A stretch of DNA of 64,000 bases from a virus (IMGVR_UViG_3300028591_000071); one strand, 5' to 3'; numbered from the stretch's first letter, positions 42,739 to 52,358 are shown. Numbers and translations: made by a program. The notes: a model not told the origin generated them from the letters alone.

Positions 42739-43548
42739 TTAAAGTGTCTTATAAAATTCCAAAAAATCGTTTATTTTCTGTCTCATTTTGGCTTTACCAT
42801 CTTCTGTGTTTATTGTATTCCACTCAACGCGATAAACAATAAATCCATTTTCTTTAAGAAAAAAATCTCTTTCTTTATCGTGCTCAACTCTTTCTTTGTG
42901 TTGCTTTCCATCAATTTCTAAATCAATTTTTTTATCACCTTTTGTAATCAAAAAATCAAGAAAATATTTCTTTGTTGAAAAATCTTCTGAAACGAAATCG
43001 ATTGAGTTACCATTAAGGACTCCCTCCCAAAATATTTCCGGATAAGAGCGAACATTCCTCGTTTTCCATCCCGAAAAAGTGCCATCAGAAATCCTTTGAT
43101 ATGCCCTTTCTTTGATTTTTAATTTTGTTTCTTCGCTATCATGAGAACACTTAACAGAACAAAATTTTCTATTATTTCTATTTGATGTGAATTCTTTACC
43201 ACAATTTTCACAAATGAAAGTGTGTTTTATTCTCCCCTTTTTTAACGAATTAGATATTTTTTCTTTTGTTTTGTCGCTTAACGTTCTCCGCTTATTATTA
43301 TATTTTGCTGCACATGAAGAATTGCAAAATTTTTTACCTGTTTCTACGGGAGCTCCACACTCAAGACAAAAATGTTGATTGTTCTTTTTAATGTTTTCAA
43401 TAATATCTAAATCATATACACGATTACAATAGTTGATAATATCTTTTTTTACACGGCCATTTGTATAATTTATCCCGTATAAAAGACGCGCACAATCAAC
43501 CAAAGTTTTACATTCTAAAAGTGTTTCTAGCTCGTTCTTATTTTCCAT
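42739..43548 (-). CDS. DUF559/Vsr-like homing endonuclease with Zn ribbons
   Basis: CLECG..FCNSSC repeats, YFLDF..LEIDGKQH..D.ERD. Confidence 0.75.
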   Translation of the reverse strand: MENKNELETLLECKTLVDCARLLYGINYTNGRVKKDIINYCNRVYDLDIIENIKKNNQHFCLECGAPVETGKKFCNSSCAAKYNNKRRTLSDKTKEKISNSLKKGRIKHTFICENCGKEFTSNRNNRKFCSVKCSHDSEETKLKIKERAYQRISDGTFSGWKTRNVRSYPEIFWEGVLNGNSIDFVSEDFSTKKYFLDFLITKGDKKIDLEIDGKQHKERVEHDKERDFFLKENGFIVYRVEWNTINTEDGKAKMRQKINDFLEFYKTL

Positions 43549-43611
43549 TTATCTTTTTATTATAAATAGTAAATTAGTCGAAAAAAGTCAAGTCGAACTT
43601 AAAAAAATATG

Positions 43612-43686
43612 TCGGGAAGGTGAGATTCGAACTCACGAATGTCCGGTTCCCAAAACCGGCCGCTTAGACCGCTGGCGCACTTCCCG
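43612..43686 (-). tRNA. tRNA-Pro(TGG)
   Basis: cloverleaf. Confidence 0.9.
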
Positions 43687-43762
43687 ATATTTAATAGGGC
43701 TTCAGCGTTTCACTCATTCCGCCTTCATTATTGTGAACTCCTGAGTTGGAATACCCTATTTG

Positions 43763-43834
43763 TGGAGCCGAAGGGACTCGAACCCTCAATCCCCAGAATG
43801 CAAATCTGGTGCGTTACCATTACGCCACAGCCCC
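43763..43834 (-). tRNA. tRNA-Ala(TGC)
   Basis: cloverleaf, G3:U70. Confidence 0.93.
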
Positions 43835-44032
43835 AATAATGTGATTTTTGAGAATTTTGCCTCTTCCCCATTTCTCATTTCGTTAACCTTTCGTAATGTG
43901 CCCTCGGCGTTCACATGCCTACTACTAAACCCTAGTTTTAAGGAGTAGCGCTAAATCTCCCTTAGCCACTTTCTTTCAGTAGTCTATGACCTTGCTACAC
44001 ATGTTTAAAGACCATGCAGTCTATAATTCAAC

Positions 44033-44096
44033 GGAAAACAATTTAAACTTGTCTGATTTTGAGTCGGATGTTCTTAAATTTTGCTGTCTGTTTTCC
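44033..44096 (-). ncRNA. ACAGCAA RNA with Leu(CAA)-like loop
   Basis: GGAAAACA/TGTTTTCC stem, TCCGA CTCAAAA TCAGA hairpin. Confidence 0.6.
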
Positions 44097-44120
44097 TTTT
44101 TACCTTGCCAGGTCGAGTAG

Positions 44121-44199
44121 AAGCGGGGGTAGGATTCGAACCGTTTGAGACGACCTCCTGCTTATGAGACAGGCGAGCTGACCACTGCTCCACCCCGCA
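44121..44199 (-). tRNA. tRNA-Met(CAT), initiator-like, with T-arm insertion
   Basis: 1:72 mismatch, CAT anticodon, bulged T stem. Confidence 0.65.
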
Positions 44200-44207
44200 A
44201 TATTTTG

Positions 44208-44323
44208 CTACGATAGTAGGATTCGAACCTACATTATGAACTGAATCATCCACTTTTACGGGGAACACCTTCCTCCCTCTCCCTTATCAGGCGTCGGTAT
44301 TCCAATTCCCGACCATATCGTAG
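44208..44323 (-). ncRNA. tRNA-like RNA with extended D arm and no canonical anticodon arm
   Basis: TACGATA/TATCGTA acceptor, GTAGG TTCGAAT CCTAC T-arm. Confidence 0.5.
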
Positions 44324-44362
44324 TGTTTGCCCGTCTTTCCGGGCCGCCTTTAATTTGTTGGG

Positions 44363-44968
44363 TTACTTAACCACCTCGACCTTCTCGAAGTCAAAAACAG
44401 GATTGGTGTCAGTGACATCACCGGTTACTGCATCAACATAGAGTTGTGCTTCTGTGTTTCCGAAAATGTACTGAGGGTTAACACCCGGTTTCGGACCGAC
44501 TTCCTTACGCAAAACAACCTGCTTTGAATGTGGCTTTGGATAGTTAGCCATATACATACGCCCCATTGCATCAGCAAAAGTCAATACAATCTGTGCCTTG
44601 TCAAGAGGCATATCCTCAATCACAAAAGTGTCGATTGGGTCAGGCATCACATCCTCCACTCCAAGTTCGTGGGTGAACACATAGACCTTGGTATCAATAC
44701 CGGTTGAGTCCTTCTTAATCTCCTGAAAAACCGATGCAACCTTCGAAACTACGAAGGTGGTATCCTCATCAAAGAAATTATCATACTCAACACTTGTCTC
44801 ATACCAAACATAGTCAGCGGAATCTGCGACTGCGATTTCAGCCACCTTGACGCTGTCTACTGCGATGGTCTTCTCGGGAACCAATATGTTATTGTCCCTT
44901 GTGCATTTGCAAGAAGCGAGTCCTGCAACGACGGCCATAGCCGCCAAGAAATAAATTACTTTCTTCAT
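44363..44968 (-). CDS. lipoprotein inserted in the tRNA array
   Basis: LASC lipobox; own -7 promoter near 44998. Confidence 0.75.
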   Translation of the reverse strand: MKKVIYFLAAMAVVAGLASCKCTRDNNILVPEKTIAVDSVKVAEIAVADSADYVWYETSVEYDNFFDEDTTFVVSKVASVFQEIKKDSTGIDTKVYVFTHELGVEDVMPDPIDTFVIEDMPLDKAQIVLTFADAMGRMYMANYPKPHSKQVVLRKEVGPKPGVNPQYIFGNTEAQLYVDAVTGDVTDTNPVFDFEKVEVVK

Positions 44969-45036
44969 ACTTTTAATTGTTTATAAAATTATGTTTTGCA
45001 AATATACATAAATATATTGAAAAAAACAAATTTTTG

Positions 45037-45108
45037 TAGCCGGTAGCAGAATCGAACTGCTCTTCCAAGAATGAAAATCTTGTGTCCTCACCGATAGACG
45101 AACCGGCC
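45037..45108 (-). tRNA. tRNA-Glu(TTC)
   Basis: cloverleaf. Confidence 0.9.
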
Positions 45109-45113
45109 ATATC

Positions 45114-45248
45114 AGGAACCCTTTGCCTTCACATTGGACTCGAACCATTATCTCCCGATTTCTCGGACATGCTAACCGATTGCACCATCTGACCTGAAGG
45201 ACTTAAGTGGCGGTCAAAAAATGTTTCTTACCCTGCTGCAAGGTTCCT
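45114..45248 (-). ncRNA. GCAGCAG-variant RNA enclosing a tRNA mimic
   Basis: AGGAACC/GGTTCCT stem; inner D arm, GAAA-capped anticodon stem, T arm. Confidence 0.5.
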
Positions 45249-45282
45249 TATCTTTCTCAGTTAAGATATAACTGTATGTTGC

Positions 45283-45373
45283 AGGAAGCGATTGAGTTTG
45301 CAGACTCGAACTGCATAGTTTTTAATTGGAAGTAAAAAACATTATCCTGATTCAAACTTGCTGTATGCTTCCT
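45283..45373 (-). ncRNA. ACAGCAA RNA enclosing a Gly-like loop and T-arm
   Basis: GGAAGC/GCTTCC stem, CTTCCAA loop, GCAG TTCGAGT CTGC. Confidence 0.55.
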
Positions 45374-45387
45374 TCATATAAGTCTAC

Positions 45388-45483
45388 AGGGAACATTAGT
45401 GCCTCCATTGGCTTTATCCAAATTTTTGGCGGATAAAAAGAGAATCGAACTCATAATTGTTTAAAAATTGCTGTAAGTTCCCT
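45388..45483 (-). ncRNA. ACAGCAA RNA enclosing a circularly permuted tRNA mimic
   Basis: order is T-arm, TTATCCGCCA, loop, TGGATAA, D-arm, all inside an AGGGAAC/GTTCCCT stem. Confidence 0.55.
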
Positions 45484-45492
45484 TGAACTGAG

Positions 45493-45565
45493 CGGTGCGT
45501 AGGGGACTCGAACCCCTGAGCCCCTGAGTGACAGTCAGGGATGATAACCACTTCACTAACGCACC
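45493..45565 (-). tRNA. tRNA-Asp(GTC)
   Basis: cloverleaf. Confidence 0.92.
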
Positions 45566-45682
45566 GTAAATAATCCCCCGTTATCGCCGGAGGATATCCC
45601 ACGCTACTTTACCTATAAGTAGTAACTACGAACTCGATAACGGATTAGTCGCCTCCGTCAGGTTTATCATGATTTGCCTGAG

Positions 45683-45753
45683 AGCGGGTAAGCAGAATCG
45701 AACTGCCGTATCCAGAATGGGAATCTGGTGTACTACCACTGTACTATACCCGC
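45683..45753 (-). tRNA. tRNA-Gly(CCC)
   Basis: cloverleaf, U73. Confidence 0.9.
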
Positions 45754-45870
45754 AAAGTGCCTTTTTAGACCAACCCCTGAAGGCTAACAGTGCCAACCTA
45801 CGATTTGGAGGAAAGTAAGCATTCTTGAAGAGGCCTTCCCATCTTCGTTCCCGCTGCAGTCGGGCCAATA

Positions 45871-46165
45871 AAATTGCAGAAAACCCGTTAAAAACTGCAT
45901 TTCCCGAATTTCTTTTTATCCGATTACTCAGATATTATTACCTACGCTCTTGCTGTTCCCCCCGTTACTGAGGGCTTTCGGGTAGTCAGACATCATGTAA
46001 CGCAGTGTCTGACAATGGATTTTGTTTAACACTTTTTCGGTTGAGTGATAACCGTATCGTGCCCGCCAGTATCGCAGCGCGGTCCCCTCGTCCGGTTCCA
46101 ACGGAAGGTTTCTGCTTTCAGGCTAGCACTTACTTGCATAATACCCAAATATTCGCTATGCTTTC
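45871..46165 (-). ncRNA. unknown ~295-nt ncRNA, copy A
   Basis: shares ordered sequence blocks with 47691-47959. Confidence 0.5.
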
Positions 46166-46589
46166 ACGGATTTGCATTAACCGTATGACTGGGGTTTTTG
46201 TATCGCACATCCCCCTAGTGCGTCCGAATCTCACGGAAGCCTTACTATCGCGAATAAAGTCAACTTAAGGCTACTACCAAGGTGACTTGCGGCGCGTGGC
46301 GTCCCATCGTTACTACCGCAATGCGCTTGGTTTATATTCCGCCCTTTTTTGGGAAACCACCGCGTTGAGGAGTCGAACACTCGCCGCTTGGGGATTCGAA
46401 CCACCGCCCAAAGGGACCCTACTACCGTTCGGGATTTTGCTAAATTAAGAGCCATATAAGATTTGCAACTCTTATATGTTGTTACTTGATGTGCTTGTCA
46501 ATCTTTACACCATTTCCCGATAAGAGACCTTGCCCAACCATTTAACCGGTGTCTTTGGGATGGAGGGCTCACCTTCCAGTATCTCTTTT

Positions 46590-46688
46590 GCGAACCTAAG
46601 AGGACTCGAACCTCTCATCTTTGCCTTCGGGCAATGTTTTAACCACTCTCCACAAGGAAATTTCATCCTTGCTTCACCACTATAGGTT
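46590..46688 (-). ncRNA. tRNA mimic without an anticodon
   Basis: GAACCTA/TAGGTTC acceptor, TTGCC CGAA GGCAA, T-arm. Confidence 0.5.
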
Positions 46689-46751
46689 CTGACACCTTCT
46701 TTCCTATGGCCTTTAACGCGTATCATATACCATCATACTTAAAGTTGTTTG

Positions 46752-46913
46752 TGGGCGATAATGGAGTCGAACCATTGACCCCCTGCTTGTGTTGGTAGAT
46801 TACGCTTCGAACGTAAACAACATAAGCGCGTTTTCTCCCGTTCTACCAAAAACCCGTCACAGTGGGTTAATCTGTAGAAGGCAGGTGCTCTGAACCAACT
46901 GAGCTAATCGCCC
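46752..46913 (-). tRNA. tRNA-Val(TAC) with 87-nt intron (46791-46877)
   Basis: removing the insert restores CCTGC CT TAC AA GCAGG. Confidence 0.85.
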
Positions 46914-47090
46914 TAATTCCCGCGTTTGTTGGCCGCGGGAGGCCTCGATAGACGCTTTGCGCGATGGCCCCGTTCATCCCATCATTTATATCGGGGTTTA
47001 GTGTTAACGCAATGCGCTCTTTTAAGTCCCGAAGGACTACCGCATTTACGGTAATGCGGTCAACCAATTAACCACTCTTCGAGTGATATG

Positions 47091-47267
47091 CGGGCACAGT
47101 AGGACTCGAACCTACAACCTACGGATTAGGCATACTATTCAGAATCGAACTGAAATCACTACTGCCACGGCTTCGGGTCCTCGCCATTAGACGATAGTAT
47201 GCTTAAGTTCATTTTCGGCGAACTATTCCTTATACAGTCCGTTGCTCTACCATTGAGCTATGTGCCC
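47091..47267 (-). tRNA. tRNA-Asn(GTT) with 105-nt intron (47129-47233)
   Basis: removing the insert restores ACGGA CT GTT AA TCCGT; G73. Confidence 0.85.
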
Positions 47268-47418
47268 TTGTTAATAAAAAGCCATTTAATCGCCTGTTGG
47301 ATTCAATACTCGGCGGAGCTAACAATACTTTAAGTCACCATAATGAGTTACCTACCAACTTACTCCCGGTAAAATCCGGGGCTTCATTCCTAAAAGCCTA
47401 GACGATTGTGGCTTATTG

Positions 47419-47499
47419 TGGGCTCGGTGGGACTCGAACCCACACCCCCGAAGGGACCAGCTCCTAAGGCTGGCGTGTCTACCATTCCACCACGAGCCC
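47419..47499 (-). tRNA. tRNA-Leu(TAG)
   Basis: cloverleaf, variable arm. Confidence 0.92.
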
Positions 47500-47614
47500 A
47501 TTTTGGCCACGGGGACTTATGACCACGGTCAATTAACCCATCAACTATTGACCTTTCCTACTCATGGGCTGTTGGGCGTCTCCACTTTCGGCGTTTTCTC
47601 TGCGTTCCCCTTTG

Positions 47615-47687
47615 TACTCCTATCGGGAGTCGAACCCGAATCCCCGGACTGAGAATCCGGTCGCCTAAACCATTAGCAGATAGGAGC
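47615..47687 (-). tRNA. tRNA-Glu(CTC)
   Basis: cloverleaf. Confidence 0.88.
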
Positions 47688-47690
47688 ATA

Positions 47691-47959
47691 AATTGCAGAA
47701 ACCCGTAAACTGCCGTATCATTTACCAGTACGAAACCTATTCTGCCATAGGCGATACTTTTATCCGAATCTGTGCAGACCATTGATTCGGAAGGGTCGTT
47801 TTTATAGTTCGTTTACAGGAGTCGAACCTGCACCTCCCGCCTTCGGGCATGCTTCCGCTACACCAAACCGATTTTACGAAGTATCGTCCCTTGATTAACC
47901 CTGCACGGTTATTCTCGGTATTGTCCAACGCCAATTACTCGCATTGTGCAGATGCTTTC
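47691..47959 (-). ncRNA. unknown ~270-nt ncRNA, copy B, with an embedded tRNA mimic
   Basis: shares blocks with copy A; tRNA-like module at about 47806-47871. Confidence 0.5.
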
Positions 47960-47960
47960 G

Positions 47961-48035
47961 TGGAGCGGGTAATCAGAATCGAACTGACATCCCAGGCTTG
48001 GAGGGCCTATGCACTAACCGTTGTGCTATACCCGC
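47961..48035 (-). tRNA. tRNA-Gly(TCC)
   Basis: cloverleaf, CCA encoded. Confidence 0.9.
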
Positions 48036-48176
48036 TTATAAACACATACCCTCAAGGGTTTTGAAATTTAAACTATGTACCCACATCGGGCCCACCTCCG
48101 ATTCTCACGGCGAACTTTTGAGGTTAAGTCACGGGAAGTTATTCCCACCGACATATATGTGTATCTTTTCTTTATG

Positions 48177-48248
48177 AGCCTCTTGACAGAATCGAACTGT
48201 CATCTAGGCGTTACGAATGCCTTATAATAACCGTTATACTAAAGAGGC
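48177..48248 (-). tRNA. tRNA-Thr(CGT)
   Basis: cloverleaf. Confidence 0.87.
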
Positions 48249-48258
48249 GATTCTTTTG

Positions 48259-48331
48259 AGCCGGAGACAGGAGTCGAACCTGCAACCCCCTGATTACAAG
48301 TCAGGTGCTCTACCATTAAAGCTACTCCGGC
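48259..48331 (-). tRNA. tRNA-Thr(TGT)
   Basis: cloverleaf. Confidence 0.92.
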
Positions 48332-48339
48332 AAAATCCC

Positions 48340-48990
48340 ACATATTCTCCGCCCGTGGGGAGGCTCCTTGCACCCCTATTTATTAGTCGCCCGCCATAAT
48401 TGCGACACCATACAGTACTGTTGATAGGTAAAAGTCTGTGGTTCAGTGCCCTTATTACCGCCTTACCCCCTGAATGATTGGAACATTTCTGTCGTGCTGC
48501 CTATACGGGGCTTACGCCCACCTGGGGTACATCATCGAAACGAAATCTTGCGCAAGTTACCATCTAGCGGAAGATGCGGAATATCAGCCCGCCCCAACTA
48601 ATTGGTAATTTCATCTCGTGAACGAACCGGGGAGGATAACTTTCATTTGCAACCCGGCTCTTAGCCCGCCAATCTTTTTACCACAGTAAGAAAAGTGCCA
48701 TACTACATCGCTGCGACTGAGGAACCTCGGCTTCACGAGGATTGCATGACCATTGGGATTTCTCCTTTACATGGTTTTACCACTCTGTTGGCAGGGCGCT
48801 TCAATTGTGGTTTATGAATTATATCCACAATCTCAAGGTTCATGAGCAGCCTGACATTAATTATTCGCGCGGTCAGTTTCATATCTTGGCAGACTTGCGA
48901 TTAAGCAACATTTAAGTATCTCTCCTCGGTCAACCACCAAGTTTCCTCATTACTACTTGGCAAGGTCCTACCCTAAAATAGGACGCGGCA
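48340..48990 (-). ncRNA. candidate ~650-nt large ncRNA
   Basis: no ORF of 60 aa or more starts in the block; GC-richer; embedded in the tRNA operon. Confidence 0.4.
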
Positions 48991-49005
48991 CTTTATAAAT
49001 TTAAC

Positions 49006-49060
49006 AGGAAACGGTTTTCAGAATATTAAAAGTCCTTGAAAAAATTGCTGTCTGTTTCCT
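49006..49060 (-). ncRNA. minimal ACAGCAA RNA with Lys-like loop
   Basis: AGGAAAC/GTTTCCT stem, GACTTTTAAT. Confidence 0.55.
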
Positions 49061-49081
49061 TAATTGTAACTCAATTTCGTG

Positions 49082-49792
49082 TGGCCCAGGCGGGACTCGA
49101 ACCCGCACGGCCCTTTCGGGCCAAGGGATTTTCGTACCACTATAGCTTTCGCTACCAATTAGTCTGTAGTGCTCGCAGTGCGGCAACCTCAGGATTTACA
49201 ATCACAATTCCCGGTGGGAAGATACACCTTCTTATACTAATTGTTTGTGGTCTGGACTGTATCTTAACCATATTGAAATCTTGCAAGATATCTATTGCGG
49301 AAGTTACGGATTCGAACCGCCTATAAGCCATTTCTCCGGTTTCACCAGTGCATACAATACAATAGATAATTTCAACTTAGGTTCCTCCTGTATCTCGTCT
49401 CTACACACTGTCTAAAAATTGCTGCGTTCATTTCCTTAAATTTAACAGCACCCACTCACGGGCTTAAGGCTGCAATTTTATAACATTGGCTCGGTATTGG
49501 CTTGACTCATTAGGCAAGCAACTTTAATGACGTACTCTGCTCTATTTCATCAGAGATATTCAACCTAATAAATTTTAGCTTTCACCGAATTAGGGAGGTT
49601 CTGCATCCAAGGTTTCCCTTGGTGCACTCAAATTTTACTTAATAAGTGAGAAATATCACAGGTTGCGTACCTTATTACGTTGGACTTTCACCAACCTCCT
49701 GCCTAGCTCAACATCCCGTCGAATGCGTATCGCAATATTTCCCTTTAAGTAACGTTAAAGTCCCTTGCGTCTACCAATTCCGCCACTGGGCC
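49082..49792 (-). tRNA. tRNA-Leu(TAA) split by a group I intron
   Basis: exons 49758-49792 and 49082-49132 join as AGGGA CT T^AA AA TCCCT. Confidence 0.9.
49133..49757 (-). mobile_element. group I intron, 625 nt, no convincing ORF
   Basis: 5' exon ends in U, intron ends in G; P AATTCGGTGAAA, Q AATACCGAGC, R GTAGAGAC, S AAGATACAGTCC. Confidence 0.88.
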
Positions 49793-49800
49793 ATTATTTG

Positions 49801-49918
49801 CAACCATGACAGGACTCGAACCTGCGACACGCGGATTATCAGTCAATAAACATTGCTGTAAATTTCCATAACCTGTAAACATAAAAGTACGCCGCTCTAC
49901 CCTCTGAGCTACATGGTC
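49801..49918 (-). ncRNA. tRNA scaffold with ACAGCAA insertion (Lys-like and Ile-like loop remnants)
   Basis: GACCATG/CATGGTT acceptor; insert GGAAATTTACAGCAATG. Confidence 0.6.
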
Positions 49919-49953
49919 ACCGTTAACTTAAAACATAATCCTTCGATTATTTG

Positions 49954-50041
49954 CGGAGAAGGCCGGATTCGAACCGACGGGGCGCTCATCACGCCCGCAT
50001 GTTTTCAAGACATGTGCAATAAACCACTCTGCCACTTCTCC
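49954..50041 (-). tRNA. tRNA-Ser(TGA)
   Basis: cloverleaf, variable arm, G73. Confidence 0.92.
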
Positions 50042-50820
50042 TTATTCATTTTGCGCCCTTTTGACCATCCTTTGTTGAGAAAAATATTGATGTCTTCTTT
50101 TTTGATTTTCTTGTTTTCAACTCCATTGGTTATCCAACAAGTTCCAAATTGGCTATTCTTTTCTCCTGATTGGTCATTATTAGCTTTATGTGTTTTTGAC
50201 ATTTTATCTTTTGTCTCTTGAGTGTGCTTCCTACCCCTCCAAAAAGGAATTAAATCACCATTAATGTATCGTTCATCATCAAAAGAAACTCTAGTGGCCA
50301 TCCCGTTTTTATCCTTAACAATGATGGTCCCATTACACACATGTATGTATTTATCATTATTGGACGAATAATCTTCTTTTTCAACCAATTTAAAAGAACA
50401 TGATTGTTTATCATAAACAGGAACCATTCCTTTTGAAACTGGTATTAGTTCTCCGCTTTCTAATCTCTTGTCATTCGGCAAAACTCTCAAGAATTTTGAA
50501 CTATAATCCTTAACTAAAATTGTTCCAACTGTTGTTCCAAAATCTCCGCCAATCTTCATATTATAACAATTTTCATCAAGAACACAAGATTCTGTAACCA
50601 TTTCGGATTCATATTCTGACGCAAGTTCTCGGCTTTTAAAATATTTTATGATTGTTTTTACGAAATTTTCTTTTCCGTAAATTTTATAATCACGATTCAA
50701 ATTCTTTCCAGAACCCATATACCCATCGTCAAGATTATTGGTAGAATGAATGCCGTAATAATATTTTCCGTTAATGATGTTTTCTATTCTATAGAAATAA
50801 TGATACTTATACTTTCCCAT
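50005..50820 (-). CDS. GIY-YIG (Seg-like) homing endonuclease with NUMOD3
   Basis: YFYRI.N.INGKYYYGIH...YMGSG; GRKHTQETK; its 3' end runs into tRNA-Ser. Confidence 0.85.
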   Translation of the reverse strand: MGKYKYHYFYRIENIINGKYYYGIHSTNNLDDGYMGSGKNLNRDYKIYGKENFVKTIIKYFKSRELASEYESEMVTESCVLDENCYNMKIGGDFGTTVGTILVKDYSSKFLRVLPNDKRLESGELIPVSKGMVPVYDKQSCSFKLVEKEDYSSNNDKYIHVCNGTIIVKDKNGMATRVSFDDERYINGDLIPFWRGRKHTQETKDKMSKTHKANNDQSGEKNSQFGTCWITNGVENKKIKKEDINIFLNKGWSKGRKMNKEKWQSGLLHMS

Positions 50821-50879
50821 ATGTTCGAATTACTATATATAAATAGTATCGAACAGGTGAAAAGTCAAATATTTTTTTG

Positions 50880-50963
50880 CGGAAGCCTGAGGTGTCGAGC
50901 CCCATGCCATGTGGCACGCATCGCTTTCGAGGCGAGCCAAGAAGCCGTTCTTGTTAGACTTCC
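50880..50963 (-). tRNA. tRNA-Ser(CGA) with a tRNA-Sec-like 8/5 body
   Basis: 8-bp acceptor, 6-bp D stem with 4-nt loop, variable arm, G73. Confidence 0.7.
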
Positions 50964-51209
50964 GTTTTATCCGCATTCCATATCACATTTCGTGCAGATT
51001 ATAATAGTTTCACAATATGTCAAAGACCTTCAAGTGTTTATGCAAATATACATAGTTTGTTTTGCAAAAACAAATGTTTTTAATCACTTTTTGTCTATTT
51101 ATCTTAAGTAGACATATCTCGGGGTCGGGATTAAACAAGGAATTTCGCTACCTTATTAACGGACCGTGAGTAGAGGGATGGGAGTGATGAACCTGTCCCT
51201 CGTTTTTTG

Positions 51210-51284
51210 TTGCGTAGGTGAGATTTGAACTCACGACCCCGAGGATATGAATCTCGTGCTCTACAACCACTGAGCTACTACGCA
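51210..51284 (-). tRNA. tRNA-Met/Ile2(CAT)
   Basis: cloverleaf. Confidence 0.85.
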
Positions 51285-51300
51285 ATATTCAAAGAACTTT

Positions 51301-51380
51301 TGGCATATAGACAGGACTCGAACCTGCGTGGGCTGTTCCTACCCGAACCCGACATATGTGTGCACTTACATCCTATATGC
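51301..51380 (-). ncRNA. tRNA-like RNA with aberrant D and anticodon arms
   Basis: GCATATAG/CTATATGC stem, then CA, T-arm present. Confidence 0.45.
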
Positions 51381-51384
51381 TTTG

Positions 51385-51460
51385 TGGTCTGCCTGAGACT
51401 CGAACTCAGAACCTCCTGTGTATCAGACAGGTGCTCTCAAACCAATTGAGCTAACAGACC
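51385..51460 (-). tRNA. tRNA-Ile(GAT)
   Basis: cloverleaf. Confidence 0.9.
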
Positions 51461-51465
51461 ATATT

Positions 51466-51540
51466 TGGAGCGGGTAAGCAGAATCGAACTGCCATCCCCA
51501 GCATGGCAAGCTGGTGCACTAACCGTTGTGCTATACCCGC
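51466..51540 (-). tRNA. tRNA-Gly(GCC)
   Basis: cloverleaf, CCA encoded. Confidence 0.92.
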
Positions 51541-51545
51541 ATATT

Positions 51546-51845
51546 TCAATAGACATCCGTCTCAATCACAAACCTCTTCTCCCTCTTTCCTCTGAACGGG
51601 CCGTCTTTGGTGTGTACCGTTTCAATTCCATAGAGAATGCTTCCCTTGAAAATCCACCCGTACTCATACATTTCGCCCGTTATATCAACGGAGTGAAAAG
51701 AATCTTCGCCTTCAAGACGCTTTTGTCCTTCAATGCAATCGTCAATGAACTTCTTTGCCTTATCAAGGCTGTCAAATGTCTCAATGCCGTTCTGATGGTG
51801 GCCATCCCCATCAAGGCTTTGAATGATAACTGTGTAAATTTTCAT
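51546..51845 (-). CDS. hypothetical protein
   Basis: ORF on the array strand. Confidence 0.55.
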   Translation of the reverse strand: MKIYTVIIQSLDGDGHHQNGIETFDSLDKAKKFIDDCIEGQKRLEGEDSFHSVDITGEMYEYGWIFKGSILYGIETVHTKDGPFRGKREKRFVIETDVY

Positions 51846-51857
51846 ATCTTCAAAATT

Positions 51858-52145
51858 TTAACGGCTCATTCTCTTTTCCTGCCATTCCAAGAACTCGGAG
51901 AATAAAACTATTTTCCTTACAACGTCCCCGACGCTTCTCAGAATAAACAATTCGATGAAGTCTTCGTCAAACTCGTCGTACTGCGGCTCCCACTCAGCAT
52001 CACGAAAATGCAGTTTCGCACCAACTAACTCGTCCCATAATGATTCCCACTGTTTTGTTCTCTTCAAATACAATTCGAACATTACATAAAGAAAGTGTGC
52101 GTCCTCCATCCTTTCGGACCATTTTTCTTTTTCAGTCTTTTCCAT
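51858..52145 (-). CDS. hypothetical protein
   Basis: follows the sigma54-like motif near 52178. Confidence 0.55.
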   Translation of the reverse strand: MEKTEKEKWSERMEDAHFLYVMFELYLKRTKQWESLWDELVGAKLHFRDAEWEPQYDEFDEDFIELFILRSVGDVVRKIVLFSEFLEWQEKRMSR

Positions 52146-52199
52146 TTCCAAAATTTTCAAATTCCGATATATTATCTACAAATATCGTACCAAACTTTG

Positions 52200-52358
52200 T
52201 GGGAGCGGGAGGACTCGAACCTCCGAAGGCCGAAGCCGAGGGATTGTGGGTATAGGAATGTACGATACTCCGAAACTTCCTTTATTTATACCCAATCAAT
52301 TTGTACAGTTTTATTCTGTTATTACAGTCCCTTGCAATTGCCACTATGCGACGCTCCC
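52200..52358 (-). tRNA. tRNA-Tyr(GTA) with 77-nt intron (52246-52322)
   Basis: removing the insert restores AGGGA CT GTA AA TCCCT; Tyr variable arm. Confidence 0.85.

Noticed and set aside
46350-46410. Additional tRNA
   Set aside because: Only two T-loop-like fragments, no cloverleaf
48340-48990. RNase P RNA (GAGGAAAC-like segment)
   Set aside because: Lacks GAGGAAAGUCC and the matching 3' P4 strand
50880-50963. Selenocysteine tRNA (selC)
   Set aside because: Anticodon is CGA rather than TCA, and no selAB genes are in the window
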